The notes under the pieces were generated by a model, which did not search any database, was not told the origin of the DNA, and saw nothing but the letters and a program-made list of their open reading frames with translations. The position numbers and the translations under genes are program-made. Below are positions 9,174-18,721 of a stretch of DNA of 64,000 nucleotides, one piece after another; the stretch's first letter is position 1, and every line of letters starts with the position of its first letter. The DNA lies in the NCBI GenBank assembly GCA_015059405.1, contig SVAL01000004.1, positions 25,817-89,816 on the forward strand, given 5' to 3'. The DNA comes from Bacillota bacterium. GTDB taxonomy: Bacteria > Bacillota_I > Bacilli_A > RF39 > UBA660.

Positions 9174-10475
9174 TTATTCACCTTTATTCTTAAATTGTAA
9201 AATAATTGGAGTTCCTTCAAAATCAAAATTTTCACGAATTTTATTTTCAAGATATCTTTCATAAGAGAAATGAACTAAACCTTTATTATTTACATGAAAA
9301 GTAAATTTAGGAGGTTTTGTTCCTGATTGATTACAAAAGTATATTTTTAAACGCTTACCTTTATATGAAGGTGGAATATTTAATTGATATGCATCATTAA
9401 TAACATCATTTAAAACACTAGTTTTAACTTCCCTATTAATATTTTCTCCAACCTTAATAATCTCAGGCATAATTGTATGAACACGTTTCTTAGTAAGTGC
9501 ACTACAAAATACAACTGGAACATAACTTAAAAATTGAAATTCAGCACGTACTTCTTTTAAATACTCTTTAATATTAGCATCAACAACAGTATCCCATTTA
9601 TTAACAACAATAATTAAACCTTTTCCCTTTTCAAGTACATAACCAGCTATATGTTTATCATGTTCAATAATACCTTCTTCTGCATTAATAACAAGTAAAC
9701 ACACATCACTTCTATCAATTGCTTTCATACTACGAAGTAAACTATACTTTTCTATTGCTTCATATACCTTACCTTTTTTACGCATACCAGCTGTATCAAT
9801 AACTATGTATTCTTCACCATTATATTTAAGTTCTGTATCAACAGCGTCCCTTGTAGTACCAGCAACATCACTAACAATAACACGATCTTCGTTTAATAAA
9901 GCATTTATTAAACTACTCTTACCAACATTAGGTCTACCTACTACTGAAAACTTAAGTCTTTTATCTTCTTTTTCTCCCTTAATAGAAAAATCTTTTACTA
10001 ATTCTTCCATAAGTTCATAAAAACCAGTACCTTGTTCTCCACTAACAGGAATATAAGTATCAAAACCTAATTCATAAAAATCATATAAATGTTTTTGATA
10101 TGCTTTAGAATCAACTTTATTAATAACTACTATTACTCTTTTATTCGTACGTCTTAATATATCACGAACAGCTAAATCATTACTAGTAAGACCTTCTTTA
10201 CCATCAACAACAAATAAAACAACATCACTTTCATTAATAGCTATTTCTGCTTGCATCTTAATCTTATCATTAAATTGTTGTTTTTCTGCATCAATACCAC
10301 CAGTATCTATAACATTAAAACGATAATCACCAAACTTACCTTCACTATAAATTCTATCTCTAGTAACCCCAGGTGTATCTTCTATTATAGATATTTTACT
10401 ACCAACGATTTTATTAAAAATTGTACTTTTTCCTACATTAGGTCTTCCAACCAATGCAACTACTGGTAATTTCAT
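9174..10475 (-). CDS. der: Ribosome-biogenesis GTPase Der (EngA), tandem GTPase domains plus KH-like domain
   Basis: Two G1 motifs (GRPNVGKST and GRPNVGKSS), DTPG/DTAG and NKVD/NKWD boxes. 433 aa. Confidence 0.95.
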   Translation of the reverse strand: MKLPVVALVGRPNVGKSTIFNKIVGSKISIIEDTPGVTRDRIYSEGKFGDYRFNVIDTGGIDAEKQQFNDKIKMQAEIAINESDVVLFVVDGKEGLTSNDLAVRDILRRTNKRVIVVINKVDSKAYQKHLYDFYELGFDTYIPVSGEQGTGFYELMEELVKDFSIKGEKEDKRLKFSVVGRPNVGKSSLINALLNEDRVIVSDVAGTTRDAVDTELKYNGEEYIVIDTAGMRKKGKVYEAIEKYSLLRSMKAIDRSDVCLLVINAEEGIIEHDKHIAGYVLEKGKGLIIVVNKWDTVVDANIKEYLKEVRAEFQFLSYVPVVFCSALTKKRVHTIMPEIIKVGENINREVKTSVLNDVINDAYQLNIPPSYKGKRLKIYFCNQSGTKPPKFTFHVNNKGLVHFSYERYLENKIRENFDFEGTPIILQFKNKGE

Positions 10476-10608
10476 AATACCACCTCATTCTTATTATAAC
10501 ATTTACATCTCTAAAAATGTAAAAAGACATAAATAGACTGTAAAATATTTTAATAAAAATGAACAATTTTGTCAAATAAAAAAGTAAGGAACACCCTTAC
10601 TTTAAAAC

Positions 10609-12213
10609 TTATTTTCTATAAAACTCTTTTCCTTTTAACGTATAATATATTAAATTATCATTTTCTTCTATTGTAAAATAATTAAAATATAATTCAACAT
10701 CTCCTCTAGTAGTTAAAATCTCTTTTCCCTTTGGAGTTATCACTTTATAGTCTTCACCATTTTTAACTAAGTAAACATTATTACGTGTATTAAAATAAGT
10801 ATAATTAGGAGAATCAAAAACTATTAAATCGTAATCACTAGTAATTTTTTCGCCTTTAGTATTCATTAAATAATACTTTTTACCATCTTCACTAACCCTC
10901 GCAAGACCATTTGAATCAAATACTGTAAGCGAAGATAAAGCCTTATCGCTAACCTTTTCACCGTTACTATAATAATAATACAAAGTACTATCACTATCTG
11001 TACATTTATCAACCATAGCATAAATTTCATTTTCTCTATCAGCAATCGCCCCAGAAAGAACACCTCTAGCACCAACTAAACAATTTACTTTTTTTACATT
11101 CTTACCATCTTTAAAGAAAGTTGCATTCTTATTTTCAAAAGTAATATATGTACCAGAATTTAAAACCACATTATCAGATAAATAATATTCAACAGTTTTA
11201 TTTCCTTTTTCATCTAAATAATACCTACCACTATATCCTTCAGCACAAATAACACTACCATTGCTAAAAAACATATTAGAACAAGTATTTGTTGTATATA
11301 CAACCTTATCTTTATTCATTAATTTAAACTCTTTAGCTTCTACTCCACCATTACCTTTAACTGTCATAATATATTGATCTAAATTCTTAGAATTACTCTC
11401 ATTTACATAATGTAATGTGCTAGAATTAACTTTATTAACTAATTCTTCATCAATTAAATTCAATATATAACTAACATCATTATAAAACAAAGTAGCATAC
11501 TCTTCTGTATCAGTAATATATAAATCAAAGTCATCATAAGAATCAACTCTATCTAATTTTAAAATAGATTTACCATTAACACCTAAAACTTCAAAATATT
11601 TTTGACTTCTAAGAACTATAATATTATCACTACCAATATAAGTAACAGTACTAGCTCCTATTTCATCTAAATCATAAAGTACTTTTCCATCAGTACCTAA
11701 TAAATAATCATTATATTCAGAATCGTATACTTCAAATAATTTATTAGTTCTTTCAATTCTTTTATATTTACCAAATTCAACAACAACCTCACCTTTATTA
11801 TTAATAATACCAACAGTTCCATCTGGTTTCTCAGCAATTGTCACATTATCTATATATTCATCTATATCCTTATAAATAAAATCAACTAACTTTTCACCTT
11901 CAGAATTAAAAATACCATATAATCCTTCATTATTCTTTATAACAATTGGCATATCCATAATTTTTTGTTCAACTACATCTTGTTTCTTCTCTTTTTTATC
12001 ATTCTTCATTAACTTAATACCTAAAACAACACCAACAACACAAACAACAACTAATACAGGTATTAAAATCTTCCAAATATTAAACTTAGGTTTATTTCCA
12101 GAAACATTACTAAAACTATTCTCTGTTTCTTGTGTTAAATCGTTACTATTATTAGTATTATTATTAATTACCCCTGGAATTATACCATTATTAAAATTAT
12201 TATTTTGATCCAT
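10609..12213 (-). CDS. Membrane-anchored WG/KWG-repeat protein
   Basis: N/Q-rich N-terminus, one TM helix, then many repeats of the type GLYGIFNSEGEKLVDFIYKDI and GTVGIINNKGEVVVEF, typical of WG-containing repeats. Confidence 0.6.
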   Translation of the reverse strand: MDQNNNFNNGIIPGVINNNTNNSNDLTQETENSFSNVSGNKPKFNIWKILIPVLVVVCVVGVVLGIKLMKNDKKEKKQDVVEQKIMDMPIVIKNNEGLYGIFNSEGEKLVDFIYKDIDEYIDNVTIAEKPDGTVGIINNKGEVVVEFGKYKRIERTNKLFEVYDSEYNDYLLGTDGKVLYDLDEIGASTVTYIGSDNIIVLRSQKYFEVLGVNGKSILKLDRVDSYDDFDLYITDTEEYATLFYNDVSYILNLIDEELVNKVNSSTLHYVNESNSKNLDQYIMTVKGNGGVEAKEFKLMNKDKVVYTTNTCSNMFFSNGSVICAEGYSGRYYLDEKGNKTVEYYLSDNVVLNSGTYITFENKNATFFKDGKNVKKVNCLVGARGVLSGAIADRENEIYAMVDKCTDSDSTLYYYYSNGEKVSDKALSSLTVFDSNGLARVSEDGKKYYLMNTKGEKITSDYDLIVFDSPNYTYFNTRNNVYLVKNGEDYKVITPKGKEILTTRGDVELYFNYFTIEENDNLIYYTLKGKEFYRK

Positions 12214-12244
12214 CTTATCACTCCTATCATATATTAATATAATA

Positions 12245-12673
12245 TCATAACTTTAAATCAAATTCATTAACTCTATAATCAATTTCACAAAAATCAAGTA
12301 AATCTAAAACATTATCCACATCTTTTGTGGAAACATAATAATAATTATCTTTTCTATATATAGGTTCATATTGATATATTAAAGATAAATCATTAGTTTT
12401 AAAATAAAAATTATTTCTATTAATAATAACTTTAGTATCAATCTTCTTACCATAAGAAATATAATCATCTAATTTACTAATTTCCACAAAAACACCTATT
12501 TTCTCATCTATAAAAATATCCACTTTAAAATAACCAAACAATTCCAAAGAATAAATTTCATTAATAATCAAAAACATATCTTTTAAAAAGGTACTAATAT
12601 CCCCTTCTTCTTCTAAAGAATAATTCTTATTAGTAAAAAATAAATACTTATCATCTAAAACTTCAAACTTCAT
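12245..12673 (-). CDS. Hypothetical protein (weak resemblance to MecA-type adaptor proteins)
   Basis: Start trimmed to MKFEVL (ATG 12671-12673, AGGTGA upstream). The alternation of short beta-like segments and ...YYYVSTKD... recalls MecA, but this is a weak impression. Confidence 0.35.
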   Translation of the reverse strand: MKFEVLDDKYLFFTNKNYSLEEEGDISTFLKDMFLIINEIYSLELFGYFKVDIFIDEKIGVFVEISKLDDYISYGKKIDTKVIINRNNFYFKTNDLSLIYQYEPIYRKDNYYYVSTKDVDNVLDLLDFCEIDYRVNEFDLKL

Positions 12674-12702
12674 ACATTCACCTAGTGTATAATATGAAAA
12701 CA

Positions 12703-12732
12703 AAATAAAAAAGACATATTTCTATGTCTTTT
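12703..12732 (-). terminator. Terminator downstream of the large pilin-like gene
   Basis: AAAGACATA-TTTC-TATGTCTTT, with a T-run on the minus strand. Confidence 0.7.
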
Positions 12733-12739
12733 AAAATTA

Positions 12740-14200
12740 TTAGTTAGTTTGAACTACATAAGGATCAGATGATGTTCCTGTACCTGTTGCGAGCACATCA
12801 CATTTTAAATTAATTACAGGACGTAATGAGGCTTTTAAAGAACTAATATAATACCAATCGGGATCACCATTAACTCCAACAGCCCAAACATACGCTGTAG
12901 CACCATCATCCCAAAAACCAGCAGGACTTGTTGTCCACCCTATGTTAACTCCATTATATAAATAATAATTGTTATTATTTTGTTTATAATACCCTCCAGC
13001 AAGAGCTACTTCATCATACGATATAAGACCAACTTTTAAATTTAAAATTCCTTTATCATTACCATCATTTACACATTTAAAATTAGGAATATATGATTGA
13101 TATTTTTCAAATGTGGCATTACCACCAGTAAAAGAATTGTGATATTTAACTTTTATTTGTTCACAAAAACATTCTGTTGATATATAAGAATCATATCCTT
13201 TTCCTTTTATATTTGTTTTATACCAATTATCTACAGTTGTCTTTGCAGCATCGCTATTTGAATAATACATTTTATCATAGGTATTAAATTTATTATTAAA
13301 AAAATAAGTTAAATCGTTAATTCTCCCATTTAATATTATTCTTACTGTTCCATCTTCATTTATTCTGATTATCCTCCAAGTTTGATTTGCAAATTTAACA
13401 AAATTATTTTTGACATCTCCTCTAAAATAATATGTTACTTCTCCACTATTAGTATCTGTTGATACATATAATCCACTTGCATCAGAAGTATTATTACTTG
13501 ATGTTGTTAGTGTTGGTTTTGCTGTTATTACTGTATTATGTTTTAATATTAGATTTGAAAGTCTCTTTTCTCTATCACTTTCTACTTGTTCATAATTTGT
13601 TCCTTTTTGTGAAAGTGTACATGTTGTTTTACCATTTCCTACTTCTCCTTCACTTAAAGCATCTAATACTATTAAACTTGTATTTTCATCTACTTTAAAT
13701 CCACTCCAATTATCTAGAGAAGTTATATTAACTACATTTCCTGATGATGGTTTTACAATATCTAATCCTGTTTGAATTTGTTTTCCTTGTTCATTTAACT
13801 TTGCTTGACTAGTTGGATATAGTCCATATCCTGCACTATCTTTAAAAGTATACCCATAAGTATATGATGATGTATCATCATTATATTGTACAAGTACATA
13901 TGCCCAGTATGCATTACTCGCTTGATGCCATGCGCCAAATGGATTTGTTCCTCCTCTTTCTAAAGCAATACATTCAATTGGAACTGCATATATGGTATTT
14001 GATTTTGTAAATGTATATGTTAAATCATTTACTTCATTTACCATTGCTGTTATATAATTACCTATTGTACTAACTACTGTTTTCTTTCTAGATTCAGTTA
14101 TATACTTAGTTACACTTGGTATTGCGATTGCCATTAATAATCCTAATATCACAATTACCGCAAGTAACTCTATTAATGTAAAACCTTTTTTATTCTTCAT
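12740..14200 (-). CDS. Large prepilin-type N-terminal cleavage/methylation domain protein (pilin/pseudopilin-like) with a distinct C-terminal globular domain
   Basis: MKNKKG|FTLIELLAVIVILGLLMAIAIPSV is a canonical class III (PilD-type) signal with Glu at +5. The C-terminal ...WTTSPAG...VWAVGVNG...LRPVINLK...SSDPYVV resembles the DUF6273-like W..SP/..RP.I.L domain. Start trimmed to the ATG at 14198-14200 (AGGAG upstream). Confidence 0.85.
   Translation of the reverse strand: MKNKKGFTLIELLAVIVILGLLMAIAIPSVTKYITESRKKTVVSTIGNYITAMVNEVNDLTYTFTKSNTIYAVPIECIALERGGTNPFGAWHQASNAYWAYVLVQYNDDTSSYTYGYTFKDSAGYGLYPTSQAKLNEQGKQIQTGLDIVKPSSGNVVNITSLDNWSGFKVDENTSLIVLDALSEGEVGNGKTTCTLSQKGTNYEQVESDREKRLSNLILKHNTVITAKPTLTTSSNNTSDASGLYVSTDTNSGEVTYYFRGDVKNNFVKFANQTWRIIRINEDGTVRIILNGRINDLTYFFNNKFNTYDKMYYSNSDAAKTTVDNWYKTNIKGKGYDSYISTECFCEQIKVKYHNSFTGGNATFEKYQSYIPNFKCVNDGNDKGILNLKVGLISYDEVALAGGYYKQNNNNYYLYNGVNIGWTTSPAGFWDDGATAYVWAVGVNGDPDWYYISSLKASLRPVINLKCDVLATGTGTSSDPYVVQTN
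13583..14200 (-). repeat. Copy 1 of a dispersed paralogous module (pilin N-terminal roughly 206 codons)
   Basis: By eye, residues 1-146 differ from the product of 58660-59538 at only 4 positions (MKNKK vs MKDKK, TKSN vs TEAN, NDDT vs NDQT). About 60 further residues are still alignable. The DNA shows many synonymous differences. Confidence 0.85.
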
Positions 14201-14228
14201 TTGACACACTCCTCTATTTTCTACTAAA

Positions 14229-14256
14229 ATCATACCCCCCCCCGGTCTTTTGTCAA
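14229..14256 (-). promoter_or_regulatory. Sigma-A-type promoter of the large pilin-like gene, with a G9 tract inside the spacer
   Basis: Minus strand reads TTGACA (14251-14256), then AAAGACC+GGGGGGGGG (16 nt), then TATGAT (14229-14234). The RBS and ATG follow 20-30 nt downstream. Confidence 0.6.
14235..14243. repeat. C9/G9 homopolymer
   Basis: Nine consecutive C on the plus strand. It is the only long G/C homopolymer I saw in this very AT-rich window. Confidence 0.95.
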
Positions 14257-14300
14257 GGTTTTACATTTTTTATTTATTTGTTTACAAAATAAAAAAGAGA

Positions 14301-14894
14301 TTAAATAACCTCTATAGATAAATTATCTATTTTAGTTAAAATCTCTTCTCTTCCTAGCTTACTAACACTTGAGAATAATATTATGTCATCTCCAACAACT
14401 AATTTCATAGTATCCATAAGTTGTTTATATGTTTTATCCTTTTTAGATGGACTAACTTTATCTACTTTAGTCGCAACTATTGTTACAGGAATATTATAAT
14501 ATTTTAAGAAATTATACATTAATAAATCATCTTCTGTAGGTTTATGACGAAAATCTACAAGTAAGAATACTCTTTTTAATTCATGACGATTCTTTATATA
14601 TTCTTCAATCATCATACCAAATTTCTTTTGTTGTTCCTTATTTACAGCAGCATATCCATACCCTGGAACATCTACTAAATAAAATGTGTCATTTACAAGA
14701 TAAAAGTTTAAGGTTTGAGTTTTACCAGGTCTTGCAGAAGTTCTAGCTAAGTTCTTTCTACTAACTAAAGTATTAACAAAACTACTTTTACCTACATTAC
14801 TTCTACCTACCATTAAAAATTCAGGTAAATCTTCATCAGGATATTGACTACGTCTTACCGCAACAACATCTAAATTAACACTATTAATCTTCAT
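14301..14894 (-). CDS. engB: Ribosome biogenesis GTP-binding protein YsxC/EngB (YihA)
   Basis: GRSNVGKSSFVNTL, DVPGYGYA and TKVDK boxes. 197 aa. Confidence 0.9.
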   Translation of the reverse strand: MKINSVNLDVVAVRRSQYPDEDLPEFLMVGRSNVGKSSFVNTLVSRKNLARTSARPGKTQTLNFYLVNDTFYLVDVPGYGYAAVNKEQQKKFGMMIEEYIKNRHELKRVFLLVDFRHKPTEDDLLMYNFLKYYNIPVTIVATKVDKVSPSKKDKTYKQLMDTMKLVVGDDIILFSSVSKLGREEILTKIDNLSIEVI

Positions 14895-14896
14895 AA

Positions 14897-15847
14897 TTAC
14901 ACCTCATTACTCATATTAATATAATCTAAACATATTTCGTCTAATTCTTTTAAAAGTTTATCAGCAGTTTCTTTATCTTTAACTCTAGCACCTGCTGCAA
15001 ACTTATGTCCACCACCATTATACTTTTCAGCAATGGTATTAACTATCGGACCACGACTTCTTATATTAAATTTATAAATACCATTTTTTAAGTCCTCAGA
15101 AATCATAACCCATACTAAAACTTCTGAAATATTATTAAGATTATTAACCAAATTACCAGCACTACCAGAATCTACTCCTAGTTCATTAATAATTTGATTC
15201 GTAATCATTATATGCGCTAAACCATTTTTAGTAACTTCCATATTTTGTTCTATATAACCTTGTAAACGAATTTCCTTTAAAGGTCTTAAGAAAATATTCT
15301 CATATAACTTAGGAACATCCAACCTATATTTAGCAAGTAAATCAGATACCATTAAAAAAGTCTTTGAAGTAGTAGAGAATAAAAATCTATTTGTATCAGA
15401 TACAATTCCCATAAATAATACTTCTGCAATTTCTTCATCCATTAATAACTCAGTTTTATTAATAAAATCTAAAATAATTTCTGATGCACTAGATGCCTTA
15501 TCATCAATATATTCAATATCACAATAAGTCTCAATATAAGGATGATGATCAATCTTAATCATCTTAGAAAAGTTACTAAAATCTGGTAAATCTACACGTT
15601 TTTTATCAGGAGTATCAACTACTATTAACAACCCATCTAATTCACTAGGCATACGATCTAACTTAGGAAAATAATTAAACTTCGAACTACTATTTCCAAC
15701 TGCATAAACTTGCTTATTGGGAAAAGTTGCCTTAATAGAATCACGTAATGCTACTTGACTAGCCCAAGCATCAGGATCTACCCCAATATGTCTAGCAATT
15801 ACTATTTTGTCATATTTTTTTATTTCTTCAAAAATATCACTATACAT
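14897..15847 (-). CDS. nrnA: DHH/DHHA1 phosphoesterase, NrnA-like oligoribonuclease/pAp phosphatase
   Basis: ARHIGVDPDAWAS, IDHHPY (DHH) and GGGHKFAAGA (DHHA1) motifs. 316 aa. Confidence 0.8.
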   Translation of the reverse strand: MYSDIFEEIKKYDKIVIARHIGVDPDAWASQVALRDSIKATFPNKQVYAVGNSSSKFNYFPKLDRMPSELDGLLIVVDTPDKKRVDLPDFSNFSKMIKIDHHPYIETYCDIEYIDDKASSASEIILDFINKTELLMDEEIAEVLFMGIVSDTNRFLFSTTSKTFLMVSDLLAKYRLDVPKLYENIFLRPLKEIRLQGYIEQNMEVTKNGLAHIMITNQIINELGVDSGSAGNLVNNLNNISEVLVWVMISEDLKNGIYKFNIRSRGPIVNTIAEKYNGGGHKFAAGARVKDKETADKLLKELDEICLDYINMSNEV

Positions 15848-15859
15848 TTTTATTCCTAT

Positions 15860-17038
15860 CTATTTAATTAAAGCAAGAGTATCCATAGCAATCATTAATT
15901 CTTCATTAGTAGGTACTAAGTAAACCATACTAGTAGAATCACTACTACTTAAACATCTAACTTCTCCTCTAACATTATTAGCTTCTACATCTAATTTAAT
16001 TCCTAAACATGCTAACTCTTCAATAATTTCAAGTCTAGTTGCTGCACTATTTTCTCCAATACCAGCAGTAAACGCAATAACATCACATCCACCTAATTCA
16101 ACATAGTATTGAGAAATATATTTAACTACAGAGTTAACAAACATCTTTTGAGCAAGAGCTGCTTGTTCATTTCCTTCTTTAACCGCATTTTCAATATCTC
16201 TTGAATCACTACTTAACTCGCTTATTCCTAAGAAACCAGATTTTTTATTTAAACAGTCCATGATTTCTCCAACACTCTTACCTTCTTTTTCCATAACATA
16301 AGGAACAAGTGATACATCAATATCTCCACTACGAGTTCCCATAACAACACCAGCAAGTGGAGTAAATCCCATAGAAGTATCTACACATTTACCATCTTTA
16401 ATAGCAGAAATACTACTACCATTACCTAAGTGACAGCAAATAATTTTTAAATCATCTCTACCTAATTCTTCAGCTAACTTCTTAGCAATATATCTATGAG
16501 ATGTCCCATGAGCACCATATTTTCTTACATGATGTTTTTCATACCATTCATATGGTACTGCATATAAATAACGATCTTTCGCAATTGTTTGATGGAAAGC
16601 AGTATCAAACACAACAGTCATTGGTGTATTTGGTAATACTTCTCTAAATGCTTTAATACATACAGCATGTGCTGGATTATGTAAAGGCGCATAATCACTA
16701 AATCTAATAATATCTTCTACTACTTGATCACTAACTACAACACTATCAGTATACTTATCTCCACCATGCACTATACGATGACCAATACCATCTAATTCTT
16801 CTAAGCTATTAATAATTTTTAATTCAATAAGTTTATCTAATAAAATTTTAACTGCATCACTATGATTATTTAATTCAGCATCTTGTTTAATTTTAAATTC
16901 AGAATTCTTAATAGTATAACAAGATCCTTCAATACCAATTCTTTCAAATAATCCTGATACTAATACATTTTCAGTATCCATATCAAATAAACTAAATTTT
17001 AACGAGCTACTCCCCGCATTAATTGACATAATTTTCAT
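15860..17038 (-). CDS. ackA: Acetate kinase
   Basis: INAGSSSLKF N-terminus, HRIVHGG, FDTAFH, AHGTSH and FTAGIGEN motifs. Confidence 0.95.
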   Translation of the reverse strand: MKIMSINAGSSSLKFSLFDMDTENVLVSGLFERIGIEGSCYTIKNSEFKIKQDAELNNHSDAVKILLDKLIELKIINSLEELDGIGHRIVHGGDKYTDSVVVSDQVVEDIIRFSDYAPLHNPAHAVCIKAFREVLPNTPMTVVFDTAFHQTIAKDRYLYAVPYEWYEKHHVRKYGAHGTSHRYIAKKLAEELGRDDLKIICCHLGNGSSISAIKDGKCVDTSMGFTPLAGVVMGTRSGDIDVSLVPYVMEKEGKSVGEIMDCLNKKSGFLGISELSSDSRDIENAVKEGNEQAALAQKMFVNSVVKYISQYYVELGGCDVIAFTAGIGENSAATRLEIIEELACLGIKLDVEANNVRGEVRCLSSSDSTSMVYLVPTNEELMIAMDTLALIK

Positions 17039-17123
17039 AATATCCCTCTTTCTAACACAAATATTATACTATATATTAATATAAAAATAAAACAAAATCA
17101 AAGAAAAAGGTCAATTATAAAAC

Positions 17124-17151
17124 AAAAAAATTAGTAGACACAGTCTACTAA
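17124..17151 (-). terminator. Terminator downstream of the SASP gene
   Basis: TTAGTAGAC-ACA-GTCTACTAA, with a T-run on the minus strand. Confidence 0.75.
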
Positions 17152-17171
17152 TTTATATTTATACAACTAAA

Positions 17172-17381
17172 TTACTTAGTATTATAACCTGAACCTAATT
17201 GACTCATACCATTTTGTACTAATCTTTTAGTAATTTCTCCACCAACTCTACCGTTAGCACGGCTAGTAGCATCTGGACCTAAATTTACACCAAATTCATT
17301 AGCTATTTCATATTTCATTTTATCGATAGCTTGTTTAGCTCCTGGAACGTACATTTTCATTGAAGATTTATTGTTGTTCAT
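17172..17381 (-). CDS. Small acid-soluble spore protein, alpha/beta type
   Basis: [12 protein letters not shown]...[15 protein letters not shown] is the conserved alpha/beta SASP core. Start trimmed to MNNNK (ATG 17379-17381), because the GTG of the track ORF lies inside the GGAGGTG RBS. Confidence 0.9.
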   Translation of the reverse strand: MNNNKSSMKMYVPGAKQAIDKMKYEIANEFGVNLGPDATSRANGRVGGEITKRLVQNGMSQLGSGYNTK

Positions 17382-17454
17382 GTTTTTCACCTCCACACTA
17401 ATAGAATGTGAAAAAACTTATAAAACATACATTATTTTTTTTGGTAATTATTTC

Positions 17455-18642
17455 CTATAAAATATCTTCAAAACTATTATCTTTTTCATCTTTAATTATA
17501 ATAGTATTAATATTATTAACAGCATCAATTATCATGTTCTTATAATCAAATCTATTTTCATATTCATAACACAAATTTAATTTTGGATTAATAACTGGAT
17601 GCTTAGGAACAAATACAGTACAACAATCTTCAAAAGGAAGAATACTTGTTTCATAAGTATCTATTCTTTTAGCTATATCAATTATTTCTAACTTATCTAA
17701 ACATGCAACAGGACGAATTACAGGCATATTAGTAACTTCATTAATAACTGACATACTAGTTAAAGTTTGACTAGCTACTTGTCCTATACTTTCACCATTA
17801 GCAATAACCATACATTTATTTCTTTTTGCCACTTCTTCAGTTATACGATACATCATTCTACGCATAATAGTAATACAATAATCATCTTCTGCTTCACGAT
17901 ATATTGCTTCTTGTATTTCTGTAAATGGAACAACATGTAATTTAATCTCTGATGTATATTTAGCAAGTTTTTTAGCTAAAGTAATAACTTTATTTCTTGC
18001 TTCAATACTAGTATGTGGAATAGCTTCAAAATAAATACAATCTAATTTTACCCCACGTTTTAAAGTTAAATAACCAGCAACTGGAGAATCTATTCCTCCA
18101 CTAAGCATTAATATTCCATTACCTAAAGTACCATTAGGATATCCTCCTAACCCTTTATATTCATTAGTATAAATGTATGTAAAGAACTCTCTTATTTCTA
18201 CATTTAATAATATTTCAGGATTATGTACATCTACTTTAACACCTTCAATATTTTTTAAAATTAATCCTCCTAATTGACGAGAAAAATCTAAACTAGGAAC
18301 CGGAAAAGACTTATCACTTCTTTTAGTTTCAACTTTAAAAGTAGAAAACTTTATATTCTTCATAATATCTAAAACATTAGATTTAATCCCTTCTAAATCA
18401 GTATCAACTTTATAAGCAACTACATATTCATGAATTCCAAATATATTATTAATACGACTTAATACTTCATCAAGTTCACTATCAGAAAACTCTATATACA
18501 TACGTGATATATCTTTATGAATACGAACATTTAAACCTTTTAATTTGTTTTTTATATTAGAATACAAAGTATTAACAAAAAACTTTCTATTTCCCTTTTT
18601 AGTAGTTAATTCTCCATATTTAATCATTACAACTCTATTCAT
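17455..18642 (-). CDS. thiI: tRNA 4-thiouridine synthase ThiI (no rhodanese domain)
   Basis: IKYGELTTKKGNR N-terminus, THUMP-like region, and the PP-loop LSGGIDSPVA. Confidence 0.9.
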   Translation of the reverse strand: MNRVVMIKYGELTTKKGNRKFFVNTLYSNIKNKLKGLNVRIHKDISRMYIEFSDSELDEVLSRINNIFGIHEYVVAYKVDTDLEGIKSNVLDIMKNIKFSTFKVETKRSDKSFPVPSLDFSRQLGGLILKNIEGVKVDVHNPEILLNVEIREFFTYIYTNEYKGLGGYPNGTLGNGILMLSGGIDSPVAGYLTLKRGVKLDCIYFEAIPHTSIEARNKVITLAKKLAKYTSEIKLHVVPFTEIQEAIYREAEDDYCITIMRRMMYRITEEVAKRNKCMVIANGESIGQVASQTLTSMSVINEVTNMPVIRPVACLDKLEIIDIAKRIDTYETSILPFEDCCTVFVPKHPVINPKLNLCYEYENRFDYKNMIIDAVNNINTIIIKDEKDNSFEDIL

Positions 18643-18692
18643 ATTATTCCCACTTCCTAAAATTTATTCGTATATATAATAGCACACAAATC

Positions 18693-18718
18693 AAAAAAAA
18701 AGAAGAACATTCTTCTTT
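18693..18718 (-). terminator. Terminator downstream of the SGNH hydrolase gene
   Basis: AAGAAGA-ACAT-TCTTCTT, preceded on plus by an A-run (T-run on minus). Confidence 0.65.
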
Positions 18719-18721
18719 TTA

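Noticed and set aside
17382-17396. N-terminal extensions in the ORF track that start at GTG or TTG codons: the SASP gene, the HTH-ABC gene (46505-46513), the 492-aa ORF (48077-48085), the BI-1 gene (61233-61247) and the XRE gene (59644-59673).
   Set aside because: In each case the alternative start codon lies inside or directly on the Shine-Dalgarno sequence of a downstream in-frame ATG, so the shorter CDS is preferred.
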